A DNA stretch of 64,000 bases from Lama glama (Eukaryota): positions 11,656,001-11,720,000 of the forward strand of contig CM052848.1 of NCBI GenBank assembly GCA_028534125.1, read 5' to 3'. Each line of letters begins with the position of its first letter. Position 1 is the first letter of the stretch. The notes below the pieces were generated by a model that saw only the letters and a list, made by a program, of their open reading frames with translations, was not told the DNA's origin and did not search any database. The position numbers and the translations under genes were made by a program. This document shows, in pieces, positions 63,740-64,000 of this stretch.

Positions 63740-63835
63740 GTTTATGCAAATTAAACAATGTCTCTCTTTATTAATATTATTAACTTTAATATTAACAGTT
63801 AATTAATTGGGTAGGATTAGATTTAATTCATGTTT
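63740..63835. promoter_or_regulatory. Candidate POU/SOX/homeodomain enhancer block
   Basis: ATGCAAAT (63744-63751) two bases from AACAATG (63754-63760), then TTAATATTA..TAATATTAA, TTAATTAATT, GGATTA and TTTAATT. Confidence 0.4.
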
Positions 63836-64000
63836 ACCTTCCCAAATGCACGGTCAGGGTTCTTGTGTGTGTCATTCACACAAATCAAACACCTGTATCC
63901 GAAGGATCCCCGTAAGATTAACAATCGGTATAATTCAAAAAAAAAAAATTACAGTATTTATTTAGCTCCACTTCGTTTAAATATGGTGATGACCTTGATG

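Noticed and set aside
1-64000. Naming a specific flanking gene or lncRNA (POU3F3, NR2F1/NR2F2 and SOX1 neighbourhoods were considered)
   Set aside because: No exon or diagnostic sequence was recognised; naming needs an alignment I cannot run.
1-64000. CRISPR array, operon, prophage or other prokaryotic system
   Set aside because: The sequence is mammalian non-coding DNA with no regularly spaced repeat-spacer structure and no dense coding ORFs.

Overview
Mammalian genomic DNA from a draft short-read assembly with ten N gaps. It is most likely a camelid: there are two tRNA-Ala-derived SINEs with the vic-1-type AAATAAACCTAATTACCTCCCC tail, artiodactyl-type L1 3' ends, and no ruminant or pig SINEs that I could recognise. 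I found no recognisable protein-coding gene, rRNA, true tRNA or CRISPR array. The long ORFs in the supplied track are N-gap read-throughs, microsatellite translations or LINE relics. The window has two halves. The left ~28 kb is repeat-poor (none recognised by eye at 1-11.9 kb or 18.0-28.7 kb), with GC/CpG patches, short gaps, TAAT/SOX/octamer-rich blocks, a strong CTCF-like motif, hairpin clusters and several + strand splice-acceptor-like sites. It looks like the regulatory or lncRNA flank of a developmental gene, which I cannot name. The right half (~42-62 kb) is dense in old repeats (MIR, MIR3, L2, L3/CR1, L1M, MLT1, SINE). The leads most worth checking are: (1) a legible 3' end of a very ancient L2/Crack-like LINE at 53.9-54.4 kb beside paired forkhead motifs; (2) a candidate exon at 17.1-17.4 kb whose Kozak ATG reads 80 open codons to a strong donor; (3) hairpins at 9.5-9.8 kb and 26.4 kb. 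None amounts to a demonstrated new system. Repeat family names come from my recall of consensus features, not from a database search.
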